A stretch of DNA of 64,000 nucleotides from a virus, in the IMG/VR virus record IMGVR_UViG_3300009481_003844. The stretch is one strand, 5' to 3'. Made by a program: the position numbers and the translations under genes. The notes beneath the pieces were generated by a model that made no database searches, had not been told where the DNA came from, and saw only the letters and a program-made list of their open reading frames with translations. Shown in pieces: positions 37,205 through 47,088 of the stretch (position 1 is its first letter; each line of letters starts with the position of its first letter).

Positions 37205-37640
37205 TGATCATATTTTACAAGTTCATGAATTTTGTTCTAAGTGTAAAAAATATAATTATGTTAATAATGAATCTCTAGAATCTATGAAATGGGAAAAAGC
37301 AGATTGGTTTGCACATTTTATTAGTGATAAGATAGTTTCATTAAGTGGAGTACATGAATTTTTAGATGGTTTTAGAATAATGTTTAGAGGAGCAACATTA
37401 CCTGGTACGACAAATAAGTTATTAAATAGAGAACAGGCATATGCTCAAATGGCTTTCATACGTAATATTCACGATAAGCCCATTTTTTATTTTACTTTGA
37501 ATATATCAAATAATGTTGGAAGTAAGAGTAATAGATTAAGAAAATGGATGCATAATGGTAAATTTGGTCTGGGAGAATATGTTAAAACTGAAAAAATATT
37601 TGGTATTGAACAAGAGATTTGGCAAGTAAATAATACATGA
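37176..37640 (+). CDS. Hypothetical protein, possible GNAT-fold
   Basis: Beta-hairpin IVSLSGV...FRI.FRG and terminal GIEQ.IW pattern. Confidence 0.4.
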   Translation: MIIGPLQLTDDHILQVHEFCSKCKKYNYVNNESLESMKWEKADWFAHFISDKIVSLSGVHEFLDGFRIMFRGATLPGTTNKLLNREQAYAQMAFIRNIHDKPIFYFTLNISNNVGSKSNRLRKWMHNGKFGLGEYVKTEKIFGIEQEIWQVNNT

Positions 37641-38245
37641 AAATAACTATTTTTACAAGCGGTTCTACAGGACAATCTAAAAAGATTACACATGAAGAGA
37701 CTGATTTTTATAAACCCGCTAGATTTTTGTGTGAAAAATGGAAGTTGACATCTAATGATGTGATTTTAAATCCGTTTCCTTCTTGGACTATTGCAAATTG
37801 GTCTTTTTGTTTTTTTCCAGCACAACTGAGTGGTTGTCAAATGATTAATGTGAAAATGGAACCTTTGAAATTTTGGGATTTGGTTACAGAACTCAGACCT
37901 ACTGTATTAACTCTCCCCATACGTACTATACGTACAATATTAAAACGAAAAAATCCAGATTTAAGTTTTTTAAATATTTTTGCTACAGGTTCTGCTCCTG
38001 TTTCGGAATATGATATACAATTGATGAAAAGTACAGGTGCAAAAAATATTTGGAATATTTATGGTTCTACAGAATGTATTCCTCCAGTTTTAATGTCAAA
38101 TAATGATGAATTCGATTTTAAAGATTCTCCTTATTATCTTGAGTATGATAATACTTTAATCGTGAATGGTTTTGATACTAAAGATAAATTTGAATATAAT
38201 AAATGTTTAGGAAGAATGATTGTAAATGAAACATGGAAGAGTTAA
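37637..38245 (+). CDS. Minimal AMP-binding (ANL adenylate-forming) enzyme
   Basis: FTSGSTG.SK (A3), ATGSAPV, NIYGSTE (A5), D..., LGR (A8). Confidence 0.75.
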   Translation: MKITIFTSGSTGQSKKITHEETDFYKPARFLCEKWKLTSNDVILNPFPSWTIANWSFCFFPAQLSGCQMINVKMEPLKFWDLVTELRPTVLTLPIRTIRTILKRKNPDLSFLNIFATGSAPVSEYDIQLMKSTGAKNIWNIYGSTECIPPVLMSNNDEFDFKDSPYYLEYDNTLIVNGFDTKDKFEYNKCLGRMIVNETWKS

Positions 38246-39423
38246 TCTGTACATATCAACAAAATCATTTATCGATAACACAACCTGAAGGTAAAATAAC
38301 TCCATGTTGTCATTTCGACAATAAACCTTATCCACATTGGGATGAAGTAAATTTAAACTCAGTAAATTCTTTAAGTAAATTACTCAAATCTTATAGATGG
38401 TTTGAATTGAGAGATATTTTTTCTGAAGGTATAAAATATGAAGGATGTATAAATTGCTGGAATGCTGAAAAAATAGGATATTTGAGTAAAAGAGAATATT
38501 ATAATCTTATTTCAGAGAAATATGAAAAAGAAAAAATAGAAGATTTAGAAATTGCTCTAGATTTTAATTGTAATTTCATGTGTAGATCATGTAGACCAGG
38601 TATAAGTTCAAAATGGAATACAGCAACATCTGTTATAGATCAATTAAAAGAATTTGAAAAAGATCATTATGAACCATTATCTATTGACAATTATTCTTTC
38701 AAGTTGCGAACAATATTAGAACAATCTGACCTTTCAAATTTAAAAAGAGTTGCGATAGTTGGAGGGGAGCCTTTTTTAAGTTATAATTTAAAATGGTTTT
38801 TAAATAGTTTAAATTTAGAAAATATACAATTAAAAATTACTACTAATGGAAGTATTTTTCCAGATAAAGAATTGATGGAATTGATGAATAGATGTAAAAA
38901 TGTTTATTTAGATATAAGTATTGATGCAATTGATGATTTAGCAGAAGTGATGAGATTTGGGGCTCCTTGGAAAATGATAGTTAATAATATTGAGAAATTT
39001 TTAAAAACAGATTTTATTGTTAAATTGGTAACTACTGTGAGTATAATGAATATAAATAAATTGCAAAGTATTTTAGAGTTTTCTAGAAAATATAATTTAC
39101 CACAAACATGTTATTCGCTTTTTTGGCCCAATCATTTAAGATCAAATATTGTTCCTTTAGATATAAGAAAATCTTGGACTATTAATCTTCCTCAAAAATT
39201 GAATATAATAGAATTTATGGGATATAAACATAAAAATTATAATGATGTTGAAGATTTTAATACTATAATATTAGATGAAACACAATCAGAGAATAATTTA
39301 TTAGAATTTGTCAAAACAATGAATTATCTTGATGAATTTCAAAATAAAAAATTTTCTGATGTAAATTCTGAAATATGGGAGTTAGCACATACATGCGAGA
39401 GAGTAAAAAAATATTATGCTTAG
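38233..39423 (+). CDS. Radical SAM protein with N-terminal Twitch/SPASM-like domain
   Basis: C...G.ITPCC...CINCW; CNFMCRSC; GGEPF; TTNGS; SIDA. Confidence 0.92.
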   Translation: MEELICTYQQNHLSITQPEGKITPCCHFDNKPYPHWDEVNLNSVNSLSKLLKSYRWFELRDIFSEGIKYEGCINCWNAEKIGYLSKREYYNLISEKYEKEKIEDLEIALDFNCNFMCRSCRPGISSKWNTATSVIDQLKEFEKDHYEPLSIDNYSFKLRTILEQSDLSNLKRVAIVGGEPFLSYNLKWFLNSLNLENIQLKITTNGSIFPDKELMELMNRCKNVYLDISIDAIDDLAEVMRFGAPWKMIVNNIEKFLKTDFIVKLVTTVSIMNINKLQSILEFSRKYNLPQTCYSLFWPNHLRSNIVPLDIRKSWTINLPQKLNIIEFMGYKHKNYNDVEDFNTIILDETQSENNLLEFVKTMNYLDEFQNKKFSDVNSEIWELAHTCERVKKYYA

Positions 39424-40118
39424 GATGTAGTTATACAGATAAAAATTATAGACCTGATCTTACATTTTTAAGATGGCCTGAAATTTTAGGTCAAGAGTTA
39501 AATGTTGAAATTATTAATTTAGGTCAAACTGCAGTTGGAAATGAAAAAATTTTTTATATTTTATATGATTATTTATATGATAATTCTGATATAACTGATG
39601 TATGCATTTTATGGACAGGATGGGATAGACAAAGTTTTTTCGAAACAGATTCTAAAGACATAACCTCTTCTCTTATTATGAGAATGATACAAGAATATGA
39701 AAGAGGCCTGCCGCATGGTTTTGCATATAAACATTTTTCATTAGAAAAAGTGGTTAATTTAAATTTAAGAATGTTTTATATGACTAAACAATTATGTGAA
39801 TCTAAAGATATAAATTATCTTTGTAGTCAAGGCATTAGTCCTTTACAAATATCAAAACTTGAAAAATTTAAACTTCAAGGTTATAATGCTCCCTATGATA
39901 TTTTTAATCTTGGTGAATTTACAAATTTATGTAAGAAAAATCGTTATTGGGAAGGACATATGCCCAATCTTTTACATATTTTAGATTATGAAAATAAAAA
40001 AGAGTTTCATATAAGTAAAGAAGATTTTCATCCTAATGAATTGGGACATAAAGCTATATCAAATTATTTTTTAACATATTATAAAAATGATATGGAAGGT
40101 GATTTTATATATGAATGA
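39375..40118 (+). CDS. SGNH/GDSL-fold protein
   Basis: LGCSYT, WPE.L, NLG..AVGN, WTG.DR, DFHPNELGH; ends FIYE. Confidence 0.75.
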   Translation: MGVSTYMRESKKILCLGCSYTDKNYRPDLTFLRWPEILGQELNVEIINLGQTAVGNEKIFYILYDYLYDNSDITDVCILWTGWDRQSFFETDSKDITSSLIMRMIQEYERGLPHGFAYKHFSLEKVVNLNLRMFYMTKQLCESKDINYLCSQGISPLQISKLEKFKLQGYNAPYDIFNLGEFTNLCKKNRYWEGHMPNLLHILDYENKKEFHISKEDFHPNELGHKAISNYFLTYYKNDMEGDFIYE

Positions 40119-40941
40119 AACATATAGTGCTATAAAAGGAGGAAGAAGATATTTTGGTGAAATGAAAAATAATTTAGAACATGGATTGGGTTTTTATGAT
40201 ATTGAATTATGGAATCAAAAGTTTGTTGGAGAATTTTTAAATGATAAAGCAACAGGAATAGGTTTAAAAATTCAAGGTTCAGGAACAGATTGGGAACGAA
40301 AAATTGTTTGTGAATTTAATAATAATTCACATGAAGGTATAGGAATGTATAAGTGGCCTTCGGGAGCAACATATGTTGGCGAATTTAAAGATGATCGTGC
40401 TTATGGTATGGGATGTTTCAGGATATGGAATGGAAATAAATATTTTGGAAAAATGGGTATTGGTCCTATGGGAATGAAGGGTGATGATTTTTGGATAATG
40501 GGTGATGGAAAATGGACAGACTCTTTATCGCATAATTTTGATGAACATGGTTTTTGTAAAAAAAAGAATAAAGAGATATGGCCTGATGGAACTTACTATG
40601 TTGGCGAATTTGATGATCATGAAAATTATTGTGGAACTGGTACATTGATATTTTCTAAAAGTAGATTTTATGAAGGTGAATTTTTAAATGGGTATTTTCA
40701 TGGACAGGGTATTTTTTATCATGGAAATGAATATGTGATGGGCGAATTTAAAGATGGTCATGTGCATGGATATGGTGAAGCAATATTTAACACAGGAAGT
40801 TATAAAGGATATTGGCAAAAAAATAGATTTCATGGAAAAGGAATTTTAAAATTTAAAGATGAAACATATGATGGTGAATTTTATAACATAAACATAAATG
40901 ATTCAGGAGGTCGTGATACAGGTTTTCGTAGGTTACGATAA
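40111..40941 (+). CDS. MORN-repeat protein
   Basis: Multiple Y.GEF.D...G.G.Y repeats in two blocks. Confidence 0.85.
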   Translation: MNETYSAIKGGRRYFGEMKNNLEHGLGFYDIELWNQKFVGEFLNDKATGIGLKIQGSGTDWERKIVCEFNNNSHEGIGMYKWPSGATYVGEFKDDRAYGMGCFRIWNGNKYFGKMGIGPMGMKGDDFWIMGDGKWTDSLSHNFDEHGFCKKKNKEIWPDGTYYVGEFDDHENYCGTGTLIFSKSRFYEGEFLNGYFHGQGIFYHGNEYVMGEFKDGHVHGYGEAIFNTGSYKGYWQKNRFHGKGILKFKDETYDGEFYNININDSGGRDTGFRRLR

Positions 40942-41503
40942 TGAAAGATCATGGATACATGATAATTGTATAGACAGTTTAAAAAAATTTGGATGTCAAT
41001 CAAATCCCATAGGCTCTTCTTTATTAAGTTCAACTATATGGTATAGAGAAAGGAATATTAAAGATTCAACTGAGTTTTCTGTGTGTAGATTTTTAGTTCC
41101 GTTTCTTTCTAATTTTGAAGGATGGTCTATTTTTATGGATGATGATTTTATATGGAAAGTAGATCCAATGGAATTAAAACAATTTTGTGATCCATCAAAA
41201 TCAGTATTGGTATGTCAGCATAATTATACACCCAAAACTGAAAAAAAATGGGGTGATTTAATTCAGTTTAAATACGAAAGAAAAAATTGGTCTTCATTGA
41301 TGTTATTTAATAATTCACATTCAGATTGCCGAAAATTATCAGTTCGAATGATTAATAGCATTCAGCCTTTGTGGTTGCATCAATTTAAATGGACCTCATC
41401 AATTGGAAGCATACCTTTAGAATATAATCATCTTGTGGGAGAATATGATAACATAGAAGAAGCAAAAGCATTGCATTATACAAACGGATATGATAACAGT
41501 TAA
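40898..41503 (+). CDS. Glycosyltransferase, GT-A fold (GT8-like, T4-like phage type)
   Basis: VFVGYD, STEFS..RFLVP, FMDDDF, KNWSS.MLFN, YNHLVGEY, HYT.G. Confidence 0.8.
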   Translation: MIQEVVIQVFVGYDNERSWIHDNCIDSLKKFGCQSNPIGSSLLSSTIWYRERNIKDSTEFSVCRFLVPFLSNFEGWSIFMDDDFIWKVDPMELKQFCDPSKSVLVCQHNYTPKTEKKWGDLIQFKYERKNWSSLMLFNNSHSDCRKLSVRMINSIQPLWLHQFKWTSSIGSIPLEYNHLVGEYDNIEEAKALHYTNGYDNS

Positions 41504-42533
41504 AACAATAATAGAAAGTCCAAAAGAATTTAAAGATAAAGAATCTTTTAAATCTTTTATGGTAAAAGAATATGCTCCAGAATCTTCTAGTATTAGAAAA
41601 TATAATTTCGATTTAATGGATAAATATGGACATTGTTTCTTCAATTTACAATTTCTTCCTCCAAATACAGGAGTTCTTTATCATAGATATCATACACAAG
41701 AAGAATATGAAAAAAGTATTCCTTTAAGAGAAGAACAGGAGAGAGAATTTATAAATGCGGGATTAAAATATGAATATGAACTTAACTCAAAAATATCTAT
41801 TATTGATGAAGAAGAATATGAAAAATTACATATATCAGAACTTGCCCCAATAGATATAAAAATTGATGTAGAATATTTTTTAGAAGAAATTGTACAATAT
41901 AAAAAATATTTTAAACAATGGGGTGATAAATTTCAAGATTATGGAAGATTTGGATTACCATTAGTTAACATGAACGGAATGATTGATAATAAAATAGAAC
42001 CTTCATGTTGGCCTTTAGATAGATGGAATTTTGTTAATTTGGGTTATAGAGATACTCCAGAAGATTTTACTAAATTTTATACAAATTCTTTTGATATGTC
42101 TACTATGGTAAATGAAACAGATTTTACATTTAAAACAGAAGTTATGAACATACCTTCATTAAAAGTTTTAAAGCCCATTGAAAAATATATGATTCGTTCT
42201 TGTATTTTAAAATTTCATACACTTGCACATTTTAAACCCCATGTAGACACCTGGAAAGAAAAATCTTCTTGGTTACGATTGTGGGGCACTACTCATCCTG
42301 ATTCTGTAAAATTACGTTATAAATCTGATGAAGGGGAAAAATTAGTGTGGAATGATATTAAAAAAGAATATGAAAGTTATATTCCTATAGAAAATATAGA
42401 AGCAGGAAGATTATATTTACATGATAGTTCAATATGGCATGATGCAATGTCATTTGAAGATAATACATATCAATTTTTTATTGCATTATCACCAAATGCT
42501 TTTCAAACATTGGGAGCGTTATGTATAGAGTAG
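41490..42533 (+). CDS. Two-domain protein: unknown N-terminal domain + Fe(II)/2OG-like DSBH domain
   Basis: C-terminal HFKPHVD ... GRLYLHD...WHDAMS ... FFIAL. Confidence 0.55.
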   Translation: MITVKTIIESPKEFKDKESFKSFMVKEYAPESSSIRKYNFDLMDKYGHCFFNLQFLPPNTGVLYHRYHTQEEYEKSIPLREEQEREFINAGLKYEYELNSKISIIDEEEYEKLHISELAPIDIKIDVEYFLEEIVQYKKYFKQWGDKFQDYGRFGLPLVNMNGMIDNKIEPSCWPLDRWNFVNLGYRDTPEDFTKFYTNSFDMSTMVNETDFTFKTEVMNIPSLKVLKPIEKYMIRSCILKFHTLAHFKPHVDTWKEKSSWLRLWGTTHPDSVKLRYKSDEGEKLVWNDIKKEYESYIPIENIEAGRLYLHDSSIWHDAMSFEDNTYQFFIALSPNAFQTLGALCIE

Positions 42534-43042
42534 AAGATAATTTTTATGATTTTCCAATATTTTTAGAAATATTGAATTTAATTAAAGATAGACCTCTTAA
42601 TCAAATACCAGAGAAATATGATGGGAAGAGATGTTCTTATGGTGAAACTAGACAATATTTAACTGAAGATTCTGTTCTTGCTGATCTTATACTTTCTAAA
42701 TTTCCTTATAAAAAAGATTATAGAAGAAAAATAGAAATAGGTAATGATGTAAATGGCTTTTGGTTAAAACCGCATTCTGATCATTCAGCAAAAAAAGATG
42801 TTACAGTAATTTATTTTGAAGGTCAACAAAATAACGGAACTACTTTTCATTATGAAGATCATAATGAAACAACGGAATTTATTCCTAATAGAGCGGTTCA
42901 TTTTTATCCTGATTTAAAAGATACTTATGATTCTGAAAGTTGGAAACATTCAGTTAAAAAAATTGATATGAATGTTAGACGAACTATAGTTGTAAATTAT
43001 GTTGATAATACTTGGAGGGATATAGAAGATTGTTATGATTGA
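42521..43042 (+). CDS. Fe(II)/2OG oxygenase
   Basis: FWLKPHSD, GTTF, WKHSV, RR.IVVNY. Confidence 0.8.
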   Translation: MYRVEDNFYDFPIFLEILNLIKDRPLNQIPEKYDGKRCSYGETRQYLTEDSVLADLILSKFPYKKDYRRKIEIGNDVNGFWLKPHSDHSAKKDVTVIYFEGQQNNGTTFHYEDHNETTEFIPNRAVHFYPDLKDTYDSESWKHSVKKIDMNVRRTIVVNYVDNTWRDIEDCYD

Positions 43043-43619
43043 TCGAATAGGAAAATTGTTGGATCTGAATAAAATAAAAGAATTTTTTAACAGATCAGAT
43101 AAAGAACAATTTGAATATACAGGATTAGAACGTACAGATGGATTAGCAAATCATGGATATAGAGGATTAGGAGAAGAATTAGCGGCAAAGGAAAGTTATA
43201 ATTTTTCAAGACATCATGGATATAATCCTTTTGAATCTGAAGAAATTTTTGATTCTTTAGATGATATTGTTAGAAAATATTATGATGAAGATTTTGATGC
43301 AATTCTTAGAATAACACATTACCCTAAAATAAAATTAAAAATTACTGGCAATGATAGTGAAGGAGAAGGTGATAAAATTTTTAGATTATGTTCACATAAA
43401 GATTATGGTCCCCTAACCTTATATTATGAATATACTCCCAATACAGGATTTCAAATTTTTAGAAATGAAGAATGGATAGATCCTGGATCTTGTATTATTT
43501 GGAATGAACTACATCGGGTAGTATATACAGATCCCATAAAAGAAAGATGGACTGTGACTTATCATGTAGATTATAAAGATTGTAAGATTTCAATGAATAC
43601 TAGATTAGGAATAAAATGA
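43035..43619 (+). CDS. Fe(II)/2OG oxygenase (IPNS-like)
   Basis: LRITHYP, HKDYG.LTL, G.QI, HRV, R.T.TY. Confidence 0.8.
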   Translation: MIDRIGKLLDLNKIKEFFNRSDKEQFEYTGLERTDGLANHGYRGLGEELAAKESYNFSRHHGYNPFESEEIFDSLDDIVRKYYDEDFDAILRITHYPKIKLKITGNDSEGEGDKIFRLCSHKDYGPLTLYYEYTPNTGFQIFRNEEWIDPGSCIIWNELHRVVYTDPIKERWTVTYHVDYKDCKISMNTRLGIK

Positions 43620-44434
43620 ATGAATTTACTTCTAGCAATCATATTAATTTTAGAGCCGCCCAATATAGTAATTTAAATTCTGTTTTAGGAATGTCTACTC
43701 TTGAAATAAATCCAACAGAACTTTGTAATAGGACATGTAGTTTTTGTCCCAGAGGAGATTGGTATCCCAATAAAAATGAACATTTATCAATAGATGATAC
43801 ATATTTAATTAAAAAAAGACTTGATGAATTTGAATATCAAGGAATTATTATTATAAGCGGTAAAGGGGAGCCTCTACTACATCCAAATATTTTTAAGATT
43901 GTTAATGTATTTAAAAATGAATGGATAGAATTAATCACAAATGGTGATAATATATTAGAATCACCAGATATATTAGATAAATTGTTTGATAGCGGATTAA
44001 GTAGAATAATTTTAGATGAATATGATAATGAAGAAAATTATAATAAAAAAATAGAAATTTTGGGCGATAGATGTGGAGTAGTAAAAAATCATTTTACAGG
44101 AATATTACAATCTTCAATTTATAACAATAGATCGGGATCTTTTAAAACTATAGAAAAGTCATTAGATAGAAAATGTTATTTACCTTTTTATAAAGGATAT
44201 ATTGATTTGACCATGGACCTTAGATTTTGTTGTAATGATTGGAAATATAAAGAAAGTTTGGGAAATTTAAGAGAAAATACATTAAAAGAACTTTGGATGT
44301 CTGATAAAATGAATAGATATAGAAAAGAATTATCTAAAGGTAATAGATGTAATATAATATCGTGTAAAGAATGTGATGCAAATGGATTGTTATTGGGTGA
44401 AAATAGTTATAATGAATTGATGGAGATTATATGA
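43616..44434 (+). CDS. Radical SAM/SPASM protein
   Basis: CNRTCSFC; SG.GEPLLH; TNGD; C-terminal C.LPF...FCCND...GNL...C..CD. Confidence 0.92.
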   Translation: MNEFTSSNHINFRAAQYSNLNSVLGMSTLEINPTELCNRTCSFCPRGDWYPNKNEHLSIDDTYLIKKRLDEFEYQGIIIISGKGEPLLHPNIFKIVNVFKNEWIELITNGDNILESPDILDKLFDSGLSRIILDEYDNEENYNKKIEILGDRCGVVKNHFTGILQSSIYNNRSGSFKTIEKSLDRKCYLPFYKGYIDLTMDLRFCCNDWKYKESLGNLRENTLKELWMSDKMNRYRKELSKGNRCNIISCKECDANGLLLGENSYNELMEII

Positions 44435-45102
44435 AATATGCAATGATAGCTTGCAGACTTGGTAGCACAAGAGCAAAATTTAAAAATTTAGCATTAATAG
44501 GTGGAGAGCCCATGATGGCATGGGCTACAAAAGCCGCTCTTGAATCAAATTGTTTTGATAAAGTCATAATTAATGGAGATAATGATATTTTTAAGCAGAT
44601 TGCAGAAGAATATGGTGTTGAATATTATGAAAGACCTATAGAATTGGGTTCATCTGAAACATTAATTGATGATGTATTTTATGATTTTATAGAAAAAAAT
44701 CCATGTGAAACTGCCGCAATAGTAAATACAGTTAATCCTCTGCAAACAGGAGAAGAAGTTGCTAAAGCAATGGCTTATTATGAAGATAATAAATTAGATT
44801 CTTGTAATACATATGAATTAAAATATGTTCATACGTGTTTAGGAGATACTCCTATTAATTTTGAATACGGTAAGATGTGTAAGACTCAAGATTTAGAACC
44901 TATAAAGTCAATAGCTTATTCTGTTCAAATAGTAAGAACGAAAGTTTTTATGAAAGAAAAACATATTTTTTGTGGAAAACATGGAATGTATGGTCCTATA
45001 TCAAAAAAAGCAGGAATGTTAGTTAAAACTCCCGAAGATATTAAGATAATAAATGCTATATTGCATTATCATTCATCAATTGGATATTATGAGGGACGAT
45101 AA
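44431..45102 (+). CDS. Acylneuraminate/KDO-type cytidylyltransferase (NeuA/KdsB family)
   Basis: IACRLGSTR...KNL..IGG.PM, ERP.EL, NPLQT. Confidence 0.85.
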   Translation: MKYAMIACRLGSTRAKFKNLALIGGEPMMAWATKAALESNCFDKVIINGDNDIFKQIAEEYGVEYYERPIELGSSETLIDDVFYDFIEKNPCETAAIVNTVNPLQTGEEVAKAMAYYEDNKLDSCNTYELKYVHTCLGDTPINFEYGKMCKTQDLEPIKSIAYSVQIVRTKVFMKEKHIFCGKHGMYGPISKKAGMLVKTPEDIKIINAILHYHSSIGYYEGR

Positions 45103-46045
45103 AAAACATATAAAACTTCTTAAACGTGAAAGATCAAAAGGAGTTAATAAAAAAGGACTACCATTAGATAAAAATGAAAGAATTATTCCATTTTCTAAAT
45201 TTGAATTAGATGATTTGAGAAAACATTTGGGTACTAATCTTTGGAAATATCCTGATGTAGATGCATATTATAAAATTTTTGCCGATTGGTTGAAAATAGA
45301 TGAAAAGAAATTATTTTTTACTGAAGGAGTGTCTGGTGCTATTAGGTCTTTAATGGAATTATATGCCTCAAAAACAGTATATTATGATACTCCTACTTAT
45401 GCTATGTATGATGTTTATTCTGAAATTTTTAATTTGATTCATGCTCCTATGGAAAATGCTGATATAATATTTTTACAAAATCCAAATATTCCTTATGGCA
45501 CTACTTATAGTGAAGATCAAATTCGTAAAATATGTTTACTTAATTCAATGAAATTAATTGTATTAGATGATGTATATTTCGAATTTAATATGCCAGATCA
45601 TCTTTGGTTGATAGATGAAATTAAAAATTTGGTAATTATGAGAAGTTTTTCTAAAGCATTTGGATTAGCAAGTATTAGATTGGGTTATATAGTTTCAAAT
45701 GAAGAAAATATTAAATTTATTTCGAATAATAGAAATGGATATGAAACTAATTTATTATCTTTACAAACGGCTCATTATTTTATTCGTAATGAATCAATAA
45801 AAAATAATTATATTAATCAATTAAATTTTGGTCGTGATTATTTAATGGAACAATTGGATAGAATGAATATTGAAAGAGAAGGAGGATATTGTGGTAATTT
45901 TGTTTTTATTCGTACAGATCCTAAAAATACAGACAAACTTGCGGAAAAAGGTATTCTTGTAAGAAAATGTGATGATGGTATAAGAGTAACATTGGGTCCT
46001 AGAAATGAAATGGAGAAATTTATTGCTGTATTCAGAGACCTCTAA
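45089..46045 (+). CDS. Class I/II PLP enzyme (HisC/CobD-like aminotransferase or decarboxylase)
   Basis: LDKNE, YPD, TEG.S.AI, NPN.P.G, LDDVY, MRSFSKAFGLA.IRLGY. Confidence 0.9.
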   Translation: MRDDKKHIKLLKRERSKGVNKKGLPLDKNERIIPFSKFELDDLRKHLGTNLWKYPDVDAYYKIFADWLKIDEKKLFFTEGVSGAIRSLMELYASKTVYYDTPTYAMYDVYSEIFNLIHAPMENADIIFLQNPNIPYGTTYSEDQIRKICLLNSMKLIVLDDVYFEFNMPDHLWLIDEIKNLVIMRSFSKAFGLASIRLGYIVSNEENIKFISNNRNGYETNLLSLQTAHYFIRNESIKNNYINQLNFGRDYLMEQLDRMNIEREGGYCGNFVFIRTDPKNTDKLAEKGILVRKCDDGIRVTLGPRNEMEKFIAVFRDL

Positions 46046-46685
46046 TTTTGCTTTTTTCTTATGTCATAGTAATGCTAATCATTCTATTTGTATGGCTTTA
46101 GAAACTTTAATGGATCGTGAACACGATTATTCTTGGGACTGGGAAAATAGAAGCGAATATGGTTATAAACATGTATCACCATCGGGATTATTGTCTACAG
46201 ATTCTTTTAATTTTAAAGAAATAATAGGAGACGAATGGTATGATTTAAAAAAAATAACTACTGTTAGAAATCCCTGGTCTCGATTATATGATTTTTATAC
46301 TTGGCATTTTACTATAGAACGACCAATAAAAAAAATAGAACAAAAAATTTATGATTTTACAATATCAAAAAGTAGTTTTGATGAATGGATATCTTCTTTA
46401 GAAAAAGATAAAACTTTTGATTGGTGGGGAGAAATTTTTAATCAAGAAATTATGAGAAGACATTGTAATTATGTTATTAGATATGAGTATTTGAATGAAG
46501 ATATTAATAATATATTTCCAGGATTAAAGATTCCTTCTGCATCTGTATCTCATCCTGGTCAATGGTATGCGGAAGACAATAAATATTTAATGACTATTAA
46601 AACTAAAAATATTATTAACTATTTTTGTAAAGAAGATATTATAAATTACGAATATACATATGACGGAGAACAAACACTTAGTTAG
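46005..46685 (+). CDS. Sulfotransferase (Sulfotransfer_2-like)
   Basis: VRNPWSRL..FY (3'-PB motif), IRYE.L.ED, F.KEDI..Y.Y; 5'-PSB motif degenerate. Confidence 0.7.
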   Translation: MKWRNLLLYSETSNFAFFLCHSNANHSICMALETLMDREHDYSWDWENRSEYGYKHVSPSGLLSTDSFNFKEIIGDEWYDLKKITTVRNPWSRLYDFYTWHFTIERPIKKIEQKIYDFTISKSSFDEWISSLEKDKTFDWWGEIFNQEIMRRHCNYVIRYEYLNEDINNIFPGLKIPSASVSHPGQWYAEDNKYLMTIKTKNIINYFCKEDIINYEYTYDGEQTLS

Positions 46686-47088
46686 AAAAGTGGGAGAAAT
46701 AGATTTAGATAAATTGATCGCCGCTTGTGAAGAACGTAGCTGGTTGAATCCCATTTTTGTTCATGATGATTCACCAAAAACATGGGAAGGTGGAGAGTTA
46801 CCAGATATACTACAAGAAATTAGTGAAGAATTTAACGTTACTCAATCGAGAATACTATGTTTGCCTCCTTTGTCTACATTAGATTATCACATGGATTCTA
46901 ATAATAGAATTAATATTCCTATACTTACTAATGATTATTGTTTTTTTATTTTTGATGATGTATTATATAAGTTTCCTGCAGATGGTAGTGTTTATTTAAC
47001 AAATACTAAAGTTTTACATACTGCAGTAAATGCATCTTATACACATCGTTTTCATTTAATAGGTTTTACAGATGTTGAATTTGATTGA
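46660..47088 (+). CDS. Aspartyl/asparaginyl beta-hydroxylase-like oxygenase
   Basis: SRIL.L.P...LDYHMD...RINIPI.TN, DGSVY..NT..LHTAVN, R.HL. Confidence 0.8.
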   Translation: MTENKHLVRKVGEIDLDKLIAACEERSWLNPIFVHDDSPKTWEGGELPDILQEISEEFNVTQSRILCLPPLSTLDYHMDSNNRINIPILTNDYCFFIFDDVLYKFPADGSVYLTNTKVLHTAVNASYTHRFHLIGFTDVEFD

